Positions 28,482-38,690 of a stretch of 64,000 bases of DNA are shown here, in pieces. The stretch lies in contig CACKVD010000004.1 of NCBI GenBank assembly GCA_902603555.1, forward strand, positions 5,622-69,621, given 5' to 3'. The notes under the pieces were generated by a model. That model saw only the letters and a list, made by a program, of their open reading frames with translations, ran no database searches and was not told where the DNA came from. A program made the position numbers and the translations under genes. The DNA comes from an uncultured Pelagibacteraceae bacterium (GTDB taxonomy: Bacteria > Pseudomonadota > Alphaproteobacteria > Pelagibacterales > Pelagibacteraceae). Positions within the stretch are counted from its first letter, which is position 1. Each line of letters begins with the position of its first letter.

Positions 28482-29564
28482 ATGAAATTTAAAAAAGCTT
28501 TGATCACTGGAATTACTGGGCAAGATGGTTCCTACTTAGCAGAATTTTTATTAAAAAAGAAATACATTGTTCATGGAATTAAAAGAAAATCTTCTTCTTT
28601 TAACACTTCTAGAATTGATCATATTTATGAAAATAAAACCTATAATAATAAATTTTTTTTACATTATGGTGATCTTTTGGACTCAAATTCACTCACGAAT
28701 TTAATAAGCAAGATACAACCTGATGAGATATATAATTTTGCAGCCCAAAGTCATGTTGGAGTAAGTTTTCAATTACCCAATTATACTTCCCAAGTAAATT
28801 CAATTGGTGCACTTAATTTATTACACGCAATATATGATTGTGGTCTCGCAAAAAAAACAAAATTTTATCAAGCATCCACATCAGAACTTTATGGAGAAAT
28901 TCAAGAAACAAAGCAATCAGAAAAAACAAAATTTTATCCAAAAAGTCCTTATGCAACTTCAAAATTATTTGCCTATTGGATTTCGAAAAATTATAGAGAA
29001 TCTTATGAGATGTTTGCATCAAACGGTATTCTTTTTAATCATGAGTCTCCAAGAAGAGGGGAAACATTTGTTACAAGAAAAATTACTTTGGGATTAAGCA
29101 AAATTGTTTATGGATTAGAAAAGTGTTTATACCTTGGAAATTTATACTCTTTAAGAGATTGGGGCCATGCTAGAGATTATGTTGAAATGTGTTGGAAAGT
29201 TTTACAATATAAAAAACCTGATGATTTTGTAATTGCTACGGAAAAACAATATTCGGTAAAATTTTTTGTTGAGCAATGTTTCAAATATTTAGATATAAAA
29301 ATAAAATGGCAGGGAAAAGGATTAAAAGAATATGCAAAAATAGTTCATTTTGATATTAAAAAATATCCTCTTTTAAAAAAAAATATGAAAATAGTTAAGA
29401 TTAGCAAAAATTATTTCCGTCCAAATGAAGTGAATAATTTGATAGGGAATGCAAACAAAGCCAAAAGGTTATTAAAATGGAAACCTAAAATCAATATTCA
29501 TCAATTGATTAAAGAAATGATGGATACAGACCTTGAGCTTACTAGAAAATCAAATTTAAAATAA
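28482..29564 (+). CDS. gmd: GDP-mannose 4,6-dehydratase
   Basis: ITGITGQDGSYLAE, AAQSHV, YQASTSELYG, SPYA.SK, FNHESPRRGETFVTRKI, RDWGHA. Confidence 0.97.
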   Translation: MKFKKALITGITGQDGSYLAEFLLKKKYIVHGIKRKSSSFNTSRIDHIYENKTYNNKFFLHYGDLLDSNSLTNLISKIQPDEIYNFAAQSHVGVSFQLPNYTSQVNSIGALNLLHAIYDCGLAKKTKFYQASTSELYGEIQETKQSEKTKFYPKSPYATSKLFAYWISKNYRESYEMFASNGILFNHESPRRGETFVTRKITLGLSKIVYGLEKCLYLGNLYSLRDWGHARDYVEMCWKVLQYKKPDDFVIATEKQYSVKFFVEQCFKYLDIKIKWQGKGLKEYAKIVHFDIKKYPLLKKNMKIVKISKNYFRPNEVNNLIGNANKAKRLLKWKPKINIHQLIKEMMDTDLELTRKSNLK

Positions 29565-29569
29565 AAACT

Positions 29570-30505
29570 TTGAAAAAAAAAGTTCTAATTGCTGGTCAAG
29601 AGGGAATGGTAGGAAGTTCCATTTATAAATTATTAAAAAAAAAAAATTTTCAAATTATTGAATGCAAAAGAAAAGATTTGGATTTTACAAACCAAATATC
29701 TGTAGACAGATGGTTTAAAAAATATAGACCCAATATAGTTATAAATGCTGCTGGAAAAGTTGGTGGAATTCTAGACAACAAAACATTTCAATCAGAATAT
29801 ATATTTATAAATTCCATGATAGGTTTAAATATAACCAATTGCTCAATGAAATATAATGTAGAAAAACTAATTAATCTAGGTTCTGCTTGTATATATCCAA
29901 AAAAAACAAAACAACCAATTAAAGAGACAGCATTATTATCATCTTATTTAGAGCAGACAAATGAGGGTTATGCTTTAGCTAAAATAATTTCATTAAAATA
30001 TTCTCAACATTTAAAAAGAAAATATAAGAAGGATTTTATATCGTTAATGCCGGCAAATTTATATGGAAAGGGTGATAATTTCGATTTAAAATCTAGTCAT
30101 GTACTGCCAGCTTTAGTAAAGAAATTCACTTTAGCTAAAATTAGAAATATTCCCTATGTGGAAGTGTGGGGCACAGGTAAAGTAAAAAGAGAATTTTTAA
30201 ATGTAGAGGATTTATCTTCAGCAATTTATTTTTTACTAAAAAGAAAATTAAACCAGGATTTTATAAATATTGGTGGTGGTGAACATTATTCAATTAAATC
30301 AATTGCAAAAATAATTAAAAGAATAATCAATTATAAAGGTAAAATTGTTTTTAATAAAAAATATCCTGATGGGGTAAAAAGAAGACAACTTGACTCAAAA
30401 ATTATTAAGAGTCTAGGCTGGAAACCAAAAATCACTCTGAAAATAGGATTAAAAAAATATTGTAATTATTATTTAAAAGAAATTTACCCTAAAGAAAATT
30501 TTTAA
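29570..30505 (+). CDS. fcl: GDP-L-fucose synthase
   Basis: GMVGS, AAGKVGGI, LGSACIYP, TNEGYALAK, MPANLYG.GDNF, SHVLPAL, WGTG...REF; TTG start. Confidence 0.95.
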   Translation: MKKKVLIAGQEGMVGSSIYKLLKKKNFQIIECKRKDLDFTNQISVDRWFKKYRPNIVINAAGKVGGILDNKTFQSEYIFINSMIGLNITNCSMKYNVEKLINLGSACIYPKKTKQPIKETALLSSYLEQTNEGYALAKIISLKYSQHLKRKYKKDFISLMPANLYGKGDNFDLKSSHVLPALVKKFTLAKIRNIPYVEVWGTGKVKREFLNVEDLSSAIYFLLKRKLNQDFINIGGGEHYSIKSIAKIIKRIINYKGKIVFNKKYPDGVKRRQLDSKIIKSLGWKPKITLKIGLKKYCNYYLKEIYPKENF

Positions 30506-31511
30506 TTTTTTTAGAAAAATATATCAATAAAATGAAATATACAAAAATTGTAGTCAGTATTGTAACTAAACTGTAAAATTGAAAATAATTTAATACTAAT
30601 GGTAGAAGTATTAATGAAAATATTATCAGCAAAGTTTTTTTTAATGAGTATTTATCTATAAGTATATGATGTAAGTGATTTCTATCAGATGTTAATGGAT
30701 TTTTTTTGTTTGCAATCCTGCTGATAAACAACCTTATTAGTTCTAATCCAGGTATCATCATATACAGAGTAATTTCATCTGCATAGTTTATGTAATCAAG
30801 GTTATATAGTTTTATAAATACATATCCTATTATAAAAGAGATTAATAAAGTGCCACTATCACCTAAAAAGGTTTTATTTTTATAATTTAGATAAGAAAAG
30901 AAAACTAAAGAAATAATTAATATTCTTATTAATAATGAATCTGAATAATAAAAAATAATACAAAAAAAAATCAAAAGTGAGTAGAGCGCTGACTGTAAAT
31001 TTATTCCATCGAACATATTGAAAGCATTTATAAAAACTAAAAAACAAAAAGCTGAAAAAAAAATTGAATAATGATTTAAATTAAATATTCTCTTATAAAA
31101 AGAAAATTCTATTTCATTAATAATTAGATTTTCATCAAGAAGTAATAAAACTACTACAATTAGTGAAATCACTACAAATTTAAAATTAGCTTTTAAATTT
31201 ATTCTGTCATCAATAAAACCAAGTAAAAAAACAACTAAACAAACAAAGATGAATAAATTGAATGAATAATTATCTTTAAAAAATATTTCATCGTCTAAAG
31301 ATTTTCCATAAAATTGATAAATTAACCAATAAAAAATTAAATTAAAAAAAATTATTGTTCCACCAGCTAATGGAGTTGGTTTAGAGTGAAATTTCCTTTT
31401 TTTATCTGGCCTATCAATATTTAAGTGAAAAAATTTAATTTTTGAAAAATTAATTAAAAAAATAAAATTTAAGATAAAAATTGTGATAAGAACGTAATTA
31501 GAAACAATCAT
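30489..31511 (-). CDS. wecA: WecA/MraY-family undecaprenyl-phosphate HexNAc-1-phosphate transferase
   Basis: D.P..RK.H..PTPLAGG, GFIDD, NAFNMFDGIN, FLGDSG, DRNHLHH; many TM segments. Confidence 0.88.
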   Translation of the reverse strand: MIVSNYVLITIFILNFIFLINFSKIKFFHLNIDRPDKKRKFHSKPTPLAGGTIIFFNLIFYWLIYQFYGKSLDDEIFFKDNYSFNLFIFVCLVVFLLGFIDDRINLKANFKFVVISLIVVVLLLLDENLIINEIEFSFYKRIFNLNHYSIFFSAFCFLVFINAFNMFDGINLQSALYSLLIFFCIIFYYSDSLLIRILIISLVFFSYLNYKNKTFLGDSGTLLISFIIGYVFIKLYNLDYINYADEITLYMMIPGLELIRLFISRIANKKNPLTSDRNHLHHILIDKYSLKKTLLIIFSLILLPLVLNYFQFYSLVTILTTIFVYFILLIYFSKKIKNFL

Positions 31512-32854
31512 TTAGAGTACTTGATTTTAATATCTTTAATTCTGATATTACTATCAAAAATAAAGCTTAAAGCTAAAATAAAAATAATTAAATCAATACT
31601 AAATACAGCATAAGAGGTCTCCAAAATACCTCTTAATGACAGTGATAATAAGATTAAGCAATATATTATATCTTCACTGTTTTCTTTAAAATAATAAAAA
31701 AATATTTTTATAATTTTTAAACAAACTGCAATATTAAAAATAATGAAAAATATTAAACCAATTAAACCCGAACTGACAAAAGTATAAATTAAACCATTAG
31801 AAGCAGTTTGATTAATTAGATATCTGTCGCCCTGAGCTCCATAACCATAAATAATATTTTTACCAGATACATTTTCTAAAATTTCTTTCCAATCTGAAAA
31901 TCTTCCAGATGAAATATCACCTTGTTGATAACCTCTAAAAATTCTTAATTCATCAGATTTTAAATGATCAAGTAATTTTATATCCTCTTCTGAAAAACTT
32001 AATTTTGTAGATTGGTAAGAATTAAATGTAGATAATGAAAAAAACAAAAAAGTTGGAATAAAAAAATAAATTGAAATAAATTTAGTAACTTTATTAAATT
32101 CAAACTTATTTCGATTTAAATAAATAAAAAAACAAATTATAACTGTAATAAAAATTATTGTTCTACTTTGAAAAAGAGTAACAAAAGTTAAAAAAATTAT
32201 TTTGATCAACAATATTTTCTTCGAATGATTTTTAAGGTATTTAGAATACTGAATCTCAAATAACTCTATAAAAATAAATATTATTAGAGCCATTCGAGCT
32301 AGTCCTGAAGATCTAGGTGTATCTTTTTCGAAAAAAAAATCAGAACTATAAAAACCACCATAAATACTTCCTCCATTTAAATAGTTTATCAGAGATGGGG
32401 TAAAGGTAAGAAAAAATACAACATTTAAAATTAAAAAACTTATTAATAAAAAATATTTTTTTTCATTATATGAAAAAAAATTGTCTATCAAAATTATAGT
32501 AAGAATTACAGTAAAAGAGCTAAAGATAAAGGAGATGTTTTCAATCGTATTACCTGTATAAACCAGTCCAATAAATTGAGCAGCAAAATATGCAATCAGT
32601 AAATAAAAGATTTTATATTTTTTAAAATTAATTTTTTTGTTAAAAATTAAAAAAATCAAAATTAACAAAAAAAAACAAAAATAAATAGAAATATGTCTAC
32701 AAAAATTTATTATATTATTTAAATTGATATCTTTACCTTTATGAAAAATTAAAAGATCTTCAAAGGATGTTGAAATTGAAAACCAACATACTAAAAACGA
32801 AATAATTAAGAAAAGTTTAATGAATATAGTTTTAACTGAGGGTTTTAAAAACAT
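31508..32854 (-). CDS. O-antigen ligase/polymerase-like membrane protein
   Basis: Multiple TM segments, QSRT motif, SSGR...W, GYG..GDR, ASN. Confidence 0.7.
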   Translation of the reverse strand: MFLKPSVKTIFIKLFLIISFLVCWFSISTSFEDLLIFHKGKDINLNNIINFCRHISIYFCFFLLILIFLIFNKKINFKKYKIFYLLIAYFAAQFIGLVYTGNTIENISFIFSSFTVILTIILIDNFFSYNEKKYFLLISFLILNVVFFLTFTPSLINYLNGGSIYGGFYSSDFFFEKDTPRSSGLARMALIIFIFIELFEIQYSKYLKNHSKKILLIKIIFLTFVTLFQSRTIIFITVIICFFIYLNRNKFEFNKVTKFISIYFFIPTFLFFSLSTFNSYQSTKLSFSEEDIKLLDHLKSDELRIFRGYQQGDISSGRFSDWKEILENVSGKNIIYGYGAQGDRYLINQTASNGLIYTFVSSGLIGLIFFIIFNIAVCLKIIKIFFYYFKENSEDIIYCLILLSLSLRGILETSYAVFSIDLIIFILALSFIFDSNIRIKDIKIKYSK

Positions 32855-34167
32855 TATTTTGTATATTTTTCTTTAATATACAGCCAAAATCCAATAGGAA
32901 AAAACATTATTAAGCACATCCAGTTATTAAAAAAACTACCTGAAGGAATGAGTGGCATCAAATTAATAATAAAAGTAAGATTAATAAAAAAATATGATTT
33001 ATCAAAATTATTTTTATCTTTTTTCAAAAAAATTTTTAAATTAATAAATGTAAATTTTAAAAATATAAAGGCTATAATAAAAAATCCCAAAATACCTATT
33101 TCAGATAAAATTTGAATATATGTGTTATGGGGATGAGTAGAGCAAATCAATCTATTATTTCTTTGATTAATTTTATATTGAAACTTAGGTTTAAGATCGA
33201 GACAACTATTATAAAAATTTTTTACTCCCGATCCAAATAAAAAATTATTTTTAAAAATCTCTATACCAGTAAATGATAGATTTTCATGTTCATACGAATA
33301 GTATCTTGGAATATCTTTTTCAACTGGTCTTGGACTTTCTTCAAAAAAAAATTTTATACCTGTTTGTTTAATAGTTCCTTCAATATATTTTACTTTTAAA
33401 TCATTATTTAAAGAAAAAAGAAAAACAAAAACAATAAATATTCCAATCGAAAATATAATTTTTTTATTACTCACTAAAAAATATGACAAATATACTAATA
33501 ATAATAAAAATAGGGCAGTTCTTTCAGTAGTAAAAAAGATAATTGATCCAATTAAAGCTAAAATAATTATTTCAAAATAAAATGGAATTTTAGGTTTATA
33601 AAAATAAATTAAACTTAGCATGAGAGGAAGAAGCCTTACTAAATAACTTCCGAGTTTTTTTTCATCTCCAAAAAAACTAGTTATATGAAAATGTGATCCA
33701 GCGCCCTGTATTTGACTAAAACCAGATAAATTAAAGTTAAAAAAATATTGTAAAAATGAATCAAAAGTTACTATTCCAATAGTTACTAGCATTGATATAC
33801 AAAAAATTACAAAAAATTTTTCATACTTTTTTAATAAGTAAAAAAAAGCTAATGATAATAAAAAATATCTAAAATAAAAAAAAGATGCTAGAAATGAATA
33901 ACTTTTATATTCAGTTAGTAGCAAACTGATCAATATAATTAAATATAAAGTTAAAAAAATAATTATTTCTTTCTTGATTGTTATGAATTTTTTTTTGCTA
34001 TCTTTGTCAAAAAATTTGAATAAAATTATCAATCCCGAAATAGAAGCCATTAAATCCGCCGCAAATATACTAATAGCCAAAGACATTGGCATTAATGAAA
34101 TGAAGATTATTAAAAACTTATCAATTAAATTTGTTTCTTTTCTAAAAAAAGCAATAGAATTATTCAT
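32854..34167 (-). CDS. O-antigen ligase family protein (WaaL-like)
   Basis: TM-rich; ERTA, FGSGVKNF, CSTHPHNTYIQILSEIGILG, LIPSGSFFNNW. Confidence 0.85.
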   Translation of the reverse strand: MNNSIAFFRKETNLIDKFLIIFISLMPMSLAISIFAADLMASISGLIILFKFFDKDSKKKFITIKKEIIIFLTLYLIILISLLLTEYKSYSFLASFFYFRYFLLSLAFFYLLKKYEKFFVIFCISMLVTIGIVTFDSFLQYFFNFNLSGFSQIQGAGSHFHITSFFGDEKKLGSYLVRLLPLMLSLIYFYKPKIPFYFEIIILALIGSIIFFTTERTALFLLLLVYLSYFLVSNKKIIFSIGIFIVFVFLFSLNNDLKVKYIEGTIKQTGIKFFFEESPRPVEKDIPRYYSYEHENLSFTGIEIFKNNFLFGSGVKNFYNSCLDLKPKFQYKINQRNNRLICSTHPHNTYIQILSEIGILGFFIIAFIFLKFTFINLKIFLKKDKNNFDKSYFFINLTFIINLMPLIPSGSFFNNWMCLIMFFPIGFWLYIKEKYTK

Positions 34168-34250
34168 TTTTAAATATACTCATTAATTATAGATAATTTT
34201 TTAAATCACAATAAAAAAATTTTGAATGATAAATAGATCAGAATATAAAT

Positions 34251-35660
34251 TTAACCTTTTATTTTATAAAATTCTTTTAATATTAAATCATAGGGGATTT
34301 TAACTAATAATAATATTAAAAGTAAAAAACTTACTATAAGTGACAAACTATCTTGCCCCAAAATAGAAAAAACAAAAGCTGTAATAAAAATAAAAAGATA
34401 CAAAATAAAATAAATAAAATTTACTATATAATTTTTTATACTAAAAGCTCTTACTAAAATTAATACAAATTCTTTAAGAAATAGTAAAATTGCAAAAGCA
34501 AAAATATTTTTTAAGTATACACAGATAATTAATCCAATAATAAAAGGAATAATTGCAATAGTTTCATATCTTGTGTTTATTTTTGCAAACATTCTAGACT
34601 CATAAAAAGAAATAATAATACTCGATACACAAGATAGGAATGTTAATGATATAAAAATTTTAAATAATTTAAGTAAATCATCACTATAAGATTTCTTAAG
34701 CCACCAACTTAATATTTCATCAAAAAAAGGTAGTGATATTATTAAAAAAAAACTCATTATTGTTATAAAAAAATATAAATTTGCACTTAAAACTTTTTTT
34801 TTTTCTAAATTACTCTTTAATAAAGAAAGCCTAGGAAGCAAAACAGCAATAATTGATTGAGAAAAAATTGTTAATTTCGCTGCTAGTTGTTGGGGAACGG
34901 AATAAGTCACTAACATTAATGAACCTAAATTTATCTTAATAAGATGTTTATCAATATAATCATAAATTTGATTATAAATTCCCGTAATAGTCATCCATTT
35001 AGAATGATTTTTAAAATCTTGTATTAAATTAAAATCTATTTTTCCTATCACAAATTTTTTTTTAACAATCAAAATTAAGAAGAGAAAAAAAAATGAAAAA
35101 TATTTAATATAAATAGAAATTAAAAACATATTTTCTACAAATTTAAATTCATTACTTTCAATTAATAGAAAAAAAGCTGGTAAAGATAATGACACACCAT
35201 AAAAAATAAAATTTAAAAAACTACATATCTTGAAATACCCAAGGCCCTTATTTATAAACTCAACATTAATAAATAATATTGTAATGAAAAGACCGAAGAA
35301 TAATGAGTCAGAAAAATTTATAAAGTTAAATTTTTTAGACACAATAAAAATTATAAAGAAAATTATTGCAGAAATAATTATACCAAAGATCAAACTTAAA
35401 AATAATGTAGTAAAAATTATTTGTTTTTTAAATTTTTCGTTAATTTTTTGAATTTTAATAGAAGCAAATTTTCCTAAATTAAGATTTAGAAACATACCTA
35501 ATGATAATATAAAATGTTGAATTAAAAAATTTGCATATAATTCTGCAGAAATAAAATTTAAATATATTGGTATCGAAAAAAAAGATAATAAAATAGATAT
35601 AATACCTGGAAGCCCTGAAACAAAAATATTACTTAAATAATTATTGTTCAAATATCCCAT
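34251..35660 (-). CDS. wzx: Wzx-type oligosaccharide flippase
   Basis: About 12-14 TM segments; IPIYL, IDK.LI...LG......YSVP.QL, LLP; 469 aa. Confidence 0.78.
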   Translation of the reverse strand: MGYLNNNYLSNIFVSGLPGIISILLSFFSIPIYLNFISAELYANFLIQHFILSLGMFLNLNLGKFASIKIQKINEKFKKQIIFTTLFLSLIFGIIISAIIFFIIFIVSKKFNFINFSDSLFFGLFITILFINVEFINKGLGYFKICSFLNFIFYGVSLSLPAFFLLIESNEFKFVENMFLISIYIKYFSFFFLFLILIVKKKFVIGKIDFNLIQDFKNHSKWMTITGIYNQIYDYIDKHLIKINLGSLMLVTYSVPQQLAAKLTIFSQSIIAVLLPRLSLLKSNLEKKKVLSANLYFFITIMSFFLIISLPFFDEILSWWLKKSYSDDLLKLFKIFISLTFLSCVSSIIISFYESRMFAKINTRYETIAIIPFIIGLIICVYLKNIFAFAILLFLKEFVLILVRAFSIKNYIVNFIYFILYLFIFITAFVFSILGQDSLSLIVSFLLLILLLVKIPYDLILKEFYKIKG

Positions 35661-36777
35661 CCTTGATTTTCCATTTTTCCTTTAGTTGTTTATCAAATAT
35701 AAAATCAGGATTATTATATAAACATAACCAATCAGAAAACTGCAAAGATTGTTCAAAATTTGATGTATAATTTGTATTGAATCTTTGCTCATATTTCCAA
35801 TCGTATTTGTACCAAAAAAAATCAATTGAGTTAGCGTCAACTATACAGAATAATTCTCTACATTTGTTCCACCAATCTTCAAGAGTCCAGTCAATTTTAA
35901 AATTGTTTTTTTTTAAAAATCTAGCACATAAAAAAATTTCATTAACAATAGCTGTCTCATTTTTTATACAAGGATAATTTCCAAGACCCATTTCATTTAA
36001 GCTATTTACGAATTCATTTGGATTGAAGTATTTAATCAAATTTTTTGTTGAGCTAAATAATAATATATCACTAAGTCCGTATATTCTGTATTTTCTAGTA
36101 TCAATTGAACAACTAATTATTCTGTGCAACAAATTATATTTTTTATTTACAGGATAACTTTTTAATAAATTCTTAAGAAAAAAAATTGCATTTTTTTTAT
36201 ATATTCTGCAGTCAGTTCTAGTTTTGAGACAAAAATCTATTTTTTTCCCCTCTGCGTATTCAAGAGCACTAATTGTAGAGGCAGTTTGTAGATTTACATT
36301 ATGTATTGTTTTAGGTTTATTATTTCGAATTATCTTTATATTTTTGTGATCTTTAAAATTATCAATAAAACTTTTTGAACACTCATCTTCCCAAGTACTA
36401 AGTATTATCAAAACATTATTAAAAATTTTAGTATAGAAATAAAGAGTCTCTTTAACATAGTTCTCAAGGCCATAAAGAGGACCCTGAATTATAATTGCTG
36501 TCGAGGAATTATCATATGTCTCAATATTGAACATAGTGTTTTCAGATTTTTTAGGTCTAAATGTATAAGAAACATAATTATCAATGCTAAAATCAAGTAA
36601 AACACCTTTTTCTGAATTTACAATTTTTTTCCCATGCACCTTTTTGGTTACAGATAAAATAAATGGTTTTTTTAATACTCTAATAATAAAATTATTATCT
36701 CTCAATTTAATTAAGAATCTCACAAGATTTGGGAAATTTGATTTAATCTTGAGTTTTAAGTTTTTATAAAATGACAT
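35641..36777 (-). CDS. WavE-family lipopolysaccharide synthesis protein
   Basis: AIIIQGP, IILSTW, N.NLQ..ST..AL, LKTRTD, SDIL, E.FL motifs. Confidence 0.75.
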   Translation of the reverse strand: MSFYKNLKLKIKSNFPNLVRFLIKLRDNNFIIRVLKKPFILSVTKKVHGKKIVNSEKGVLLDFSIDNYVSYTFRPKKSENTMFNIETYDNSSTAIIIQGPLYGLENYVKETLYFYTKIFNNVLIILSTWEDECSKSFIDNFKDHKNIKIIRNNKPKTIHNVNLQTASTISALEYAEGKKIDFCLKTRTDCRIYKKNAIFFLKNLLKSYPVNKKYNLLHRIISCSIDTRKYRIYGLSDILLFSSTKNLIKYFNPNEFVNSLNEMGLGNYPCIKNETAIVNEIFLCARFLKKNNFKIDWTLEDWWNKCRELFCIVDANSIDFFWYKYDWKYEQRFNTNYTSNFEQSLQFSDWLCLYNNPDFIFDKQLKEKWKIKDGIFEQ

Positions 36778-36836
36778 GATTTAAATATTATAATATAAAT
36801 ATTTTACATATTAATAACTAAATAAACTAATAAGTA

Positions 36837-37274
36837 ATGATTTATATTTCACATAGAGGAAATTTAGAGGGAAAATCTGAAAAAGATGAAAATAGACCCG
36901 AATATATAATGAAAGCAGTAAATAAAGGATTTGATGTAGAAATAGATGTTTGGTTTCAAAATAATAGTTTTTATTTGGGTCACGATTATCCAAGTTTTAA
37001 AGTGGATAAAGATTTTATTTTAAACAACCGATTTTGGTGCCATGCCAAAAATGAGGAAGCATTATATGAAATGTCCAAAATAAACTGTCATTATTTTTGG
37101 CACCAAAATGATGACTATACAATAACTAGCAAAGGTATTTTTTGGGTGTATCCAGGAAAAACTTTATTAATAAATAGTATTTGTGTTTTGCCAGAGCTGT
37201 CAGATCAAAAAGAATTTAATTGTTTAGGTATTTGTTCAGATTTCATAGAAAAGTATAAAAAAAAAAATGATTAA
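36837..37274 (+). CDS. Small GDPD/PI-PLC-like phosphodiesterase-fold protein
   Basis: ISHRGN, EN, GFDVEIDVW, LGHD, WCHAKN, YFWHQ.DD, GICSDF; only 145 aa. Confidence 0.7.
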   Translation: MIYISHRGNLEGKSEKDENRPEYIMKAVNKGFDVEIDVWFQNNSFYLGHDYPSFKVDKDFILNNRFWCHAKNEEALYEMSKINCHYFWHQNDDYTITSKGIFWVYPGKTLLINSICVLPELSDQKEFNCLGICSDFIEKYKKKND

Positions 37275-38637
37275 GGTTATTATTTTTGACTTAGATGGTG
37301 TACTTGTTGATACAAAACTAATTCATTTTAAAGCATTAAATTTAGCTTTAAAAAAATTTAAAATTAGTGAAATTAAATACGAAGATCATGTCAAAATTTT
37401 TGATGGTTTGCCAACTATTAAAAAGCTAAATTTAATTGCAAAAAAGAAAAAAATATCAAAAAAAAATTTTTCAAAAATACAAAAATTTAAACAAAAATCT
37501 ACGCTTAAACTATTAAAGGAGTCTGTTGTTTATAATATAAACACCATAAATTTATTTAAAAAATTATCAAAAAAATATAAATTGGCAGTAGCAACCAACG
37601 CTGTTAAATCAACTTTAGATATCTGTTTAAAAAATCTCAAAATAAAAAAATATATCGATTACAAAATTTGCAATGAAGAGGTGAAAAACTCTAAGCCGAA
37701 TCCTGAAATTTACTTTAAAATATTCATGAAATTTGGTATTTATCCTGAGGAGTCGTTAATTTTAGAGGACTCTCACTATGGAAGACAAGCTGCAACTCAT
37801 TCAGGTGGCAATTTAGTTCCAATCCAAAATTTAAGTGAAGTAAATTTTAAAAATGTTAATCATTATATCAAAATGAATAATAAAATTAAAATTAATAATG
37901 AAAAAAATTTATGGGAAGATAAAAATTTGAATATACTAATTCCGATGGCTGGTGCAGGAAAAAGATTTTCTGATGCAGGATATATTTTTCCAAAACCATT
38001 AATTGAAATAGATAACAAGCCAATGATCCAATGGGTGATTGAAAGCCTTAATTTAAAAGGAAGATATATTTTTTTAATACAGTCAGAACATCAAAAAAAA
38101 TATAATATTAAAAGTGTATTGAAAATCTTACAACCCAACTGTGAAATAATAGAAATAGATAAATTAACTGAAGGTGCTGCATGCACTACATTGTTAGCAA
38201 AAAAGTTTATCAATAATAGTAATCCTTTAGTTATTGCTAACTCAGATCAATATATACAATGGAATAGTTCTAAATCTATGTATGAGATTACTACAAAAAA
38301 GTATGACGGAGCTATTTTGACATTTGAGTCGATTCATCCAAAGTGGTCATACGCAAAAAGTGACAAAAATGGTCTTGTAAAAGAAGTTGCAGAGAAAAAA
38401 GTTATATCAAAGGAAGCAACAGTTGGTGTTTATTATTGGAAACATGGTGAAAATTATGTGAAATATGCTGAACAAATGATCAAAAACAACAAAAGAGTGA
38501 ATAATGAATTTTATGTTTGTCCAGTTTATAATGAAGCAATATTAGATAACAAAAAGATTAAATCTATTGAAGTTAAAAAAATGATTGGAATGGGAACTCC
38601 AGAGGATCTTCAAAATTTTGAAAAAAAAATCCTTTAG
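37267..38637 (+). CDS. Fusion of HAD phosphatase and nucleotidyltransferase-like domain
   Basis: N-terminal FDLDGVLVD, KPNPEIY, LEDS..G; C-terminal LIPMAGAGKRF, PKPLI, TEGAA, NSDQ, AEKK.IS, GTPEDL. Confidence 0.85.
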   Translation: MIKVIIFDLDGVLVDTKLIHFKALNLALKKFKISEIKYEDHVKIFDGLPTIKKLNLIAKKKKISKKNFSKIQKFKQKSTLKLLKESVVYNINTINLFKKLSKKYKLAVATNAVKSTLDICLKNLKIKKYIDYKICNEEVKNSKPNPEIYFKIFMKFGIYPEESLILEDSHYGRQAATHSGGNLVPIQNLSEVNFKNVNHYIKMNNKIKINNEKNLWEDKNLNILIPMAGAGKRFSDAGYIFPKPLIEIDNKPMIQWVIESLNLKGRYIFLIQSEHQKKYNIKSVLKILQPNCEIIEIDKLTEGAACTTLLAKKFINNSNPLVIANSDQYIQWNSSKSMYEITTKKYDGAILTFESIHPKWSYAKSDKNGLVKEVAEKKVISKEATVGVYYWKHGENYVKYAEQMIKNNKRVNNEFYVCPVYNEAILDNKKIKSIEVKKMIGMGTPEDLQNFEKKIL

Positions 38638-38690
38638 TTTTTAACAAAATTTGATAATCCATTAAAAATAATATTACAAAACTTAATTAT

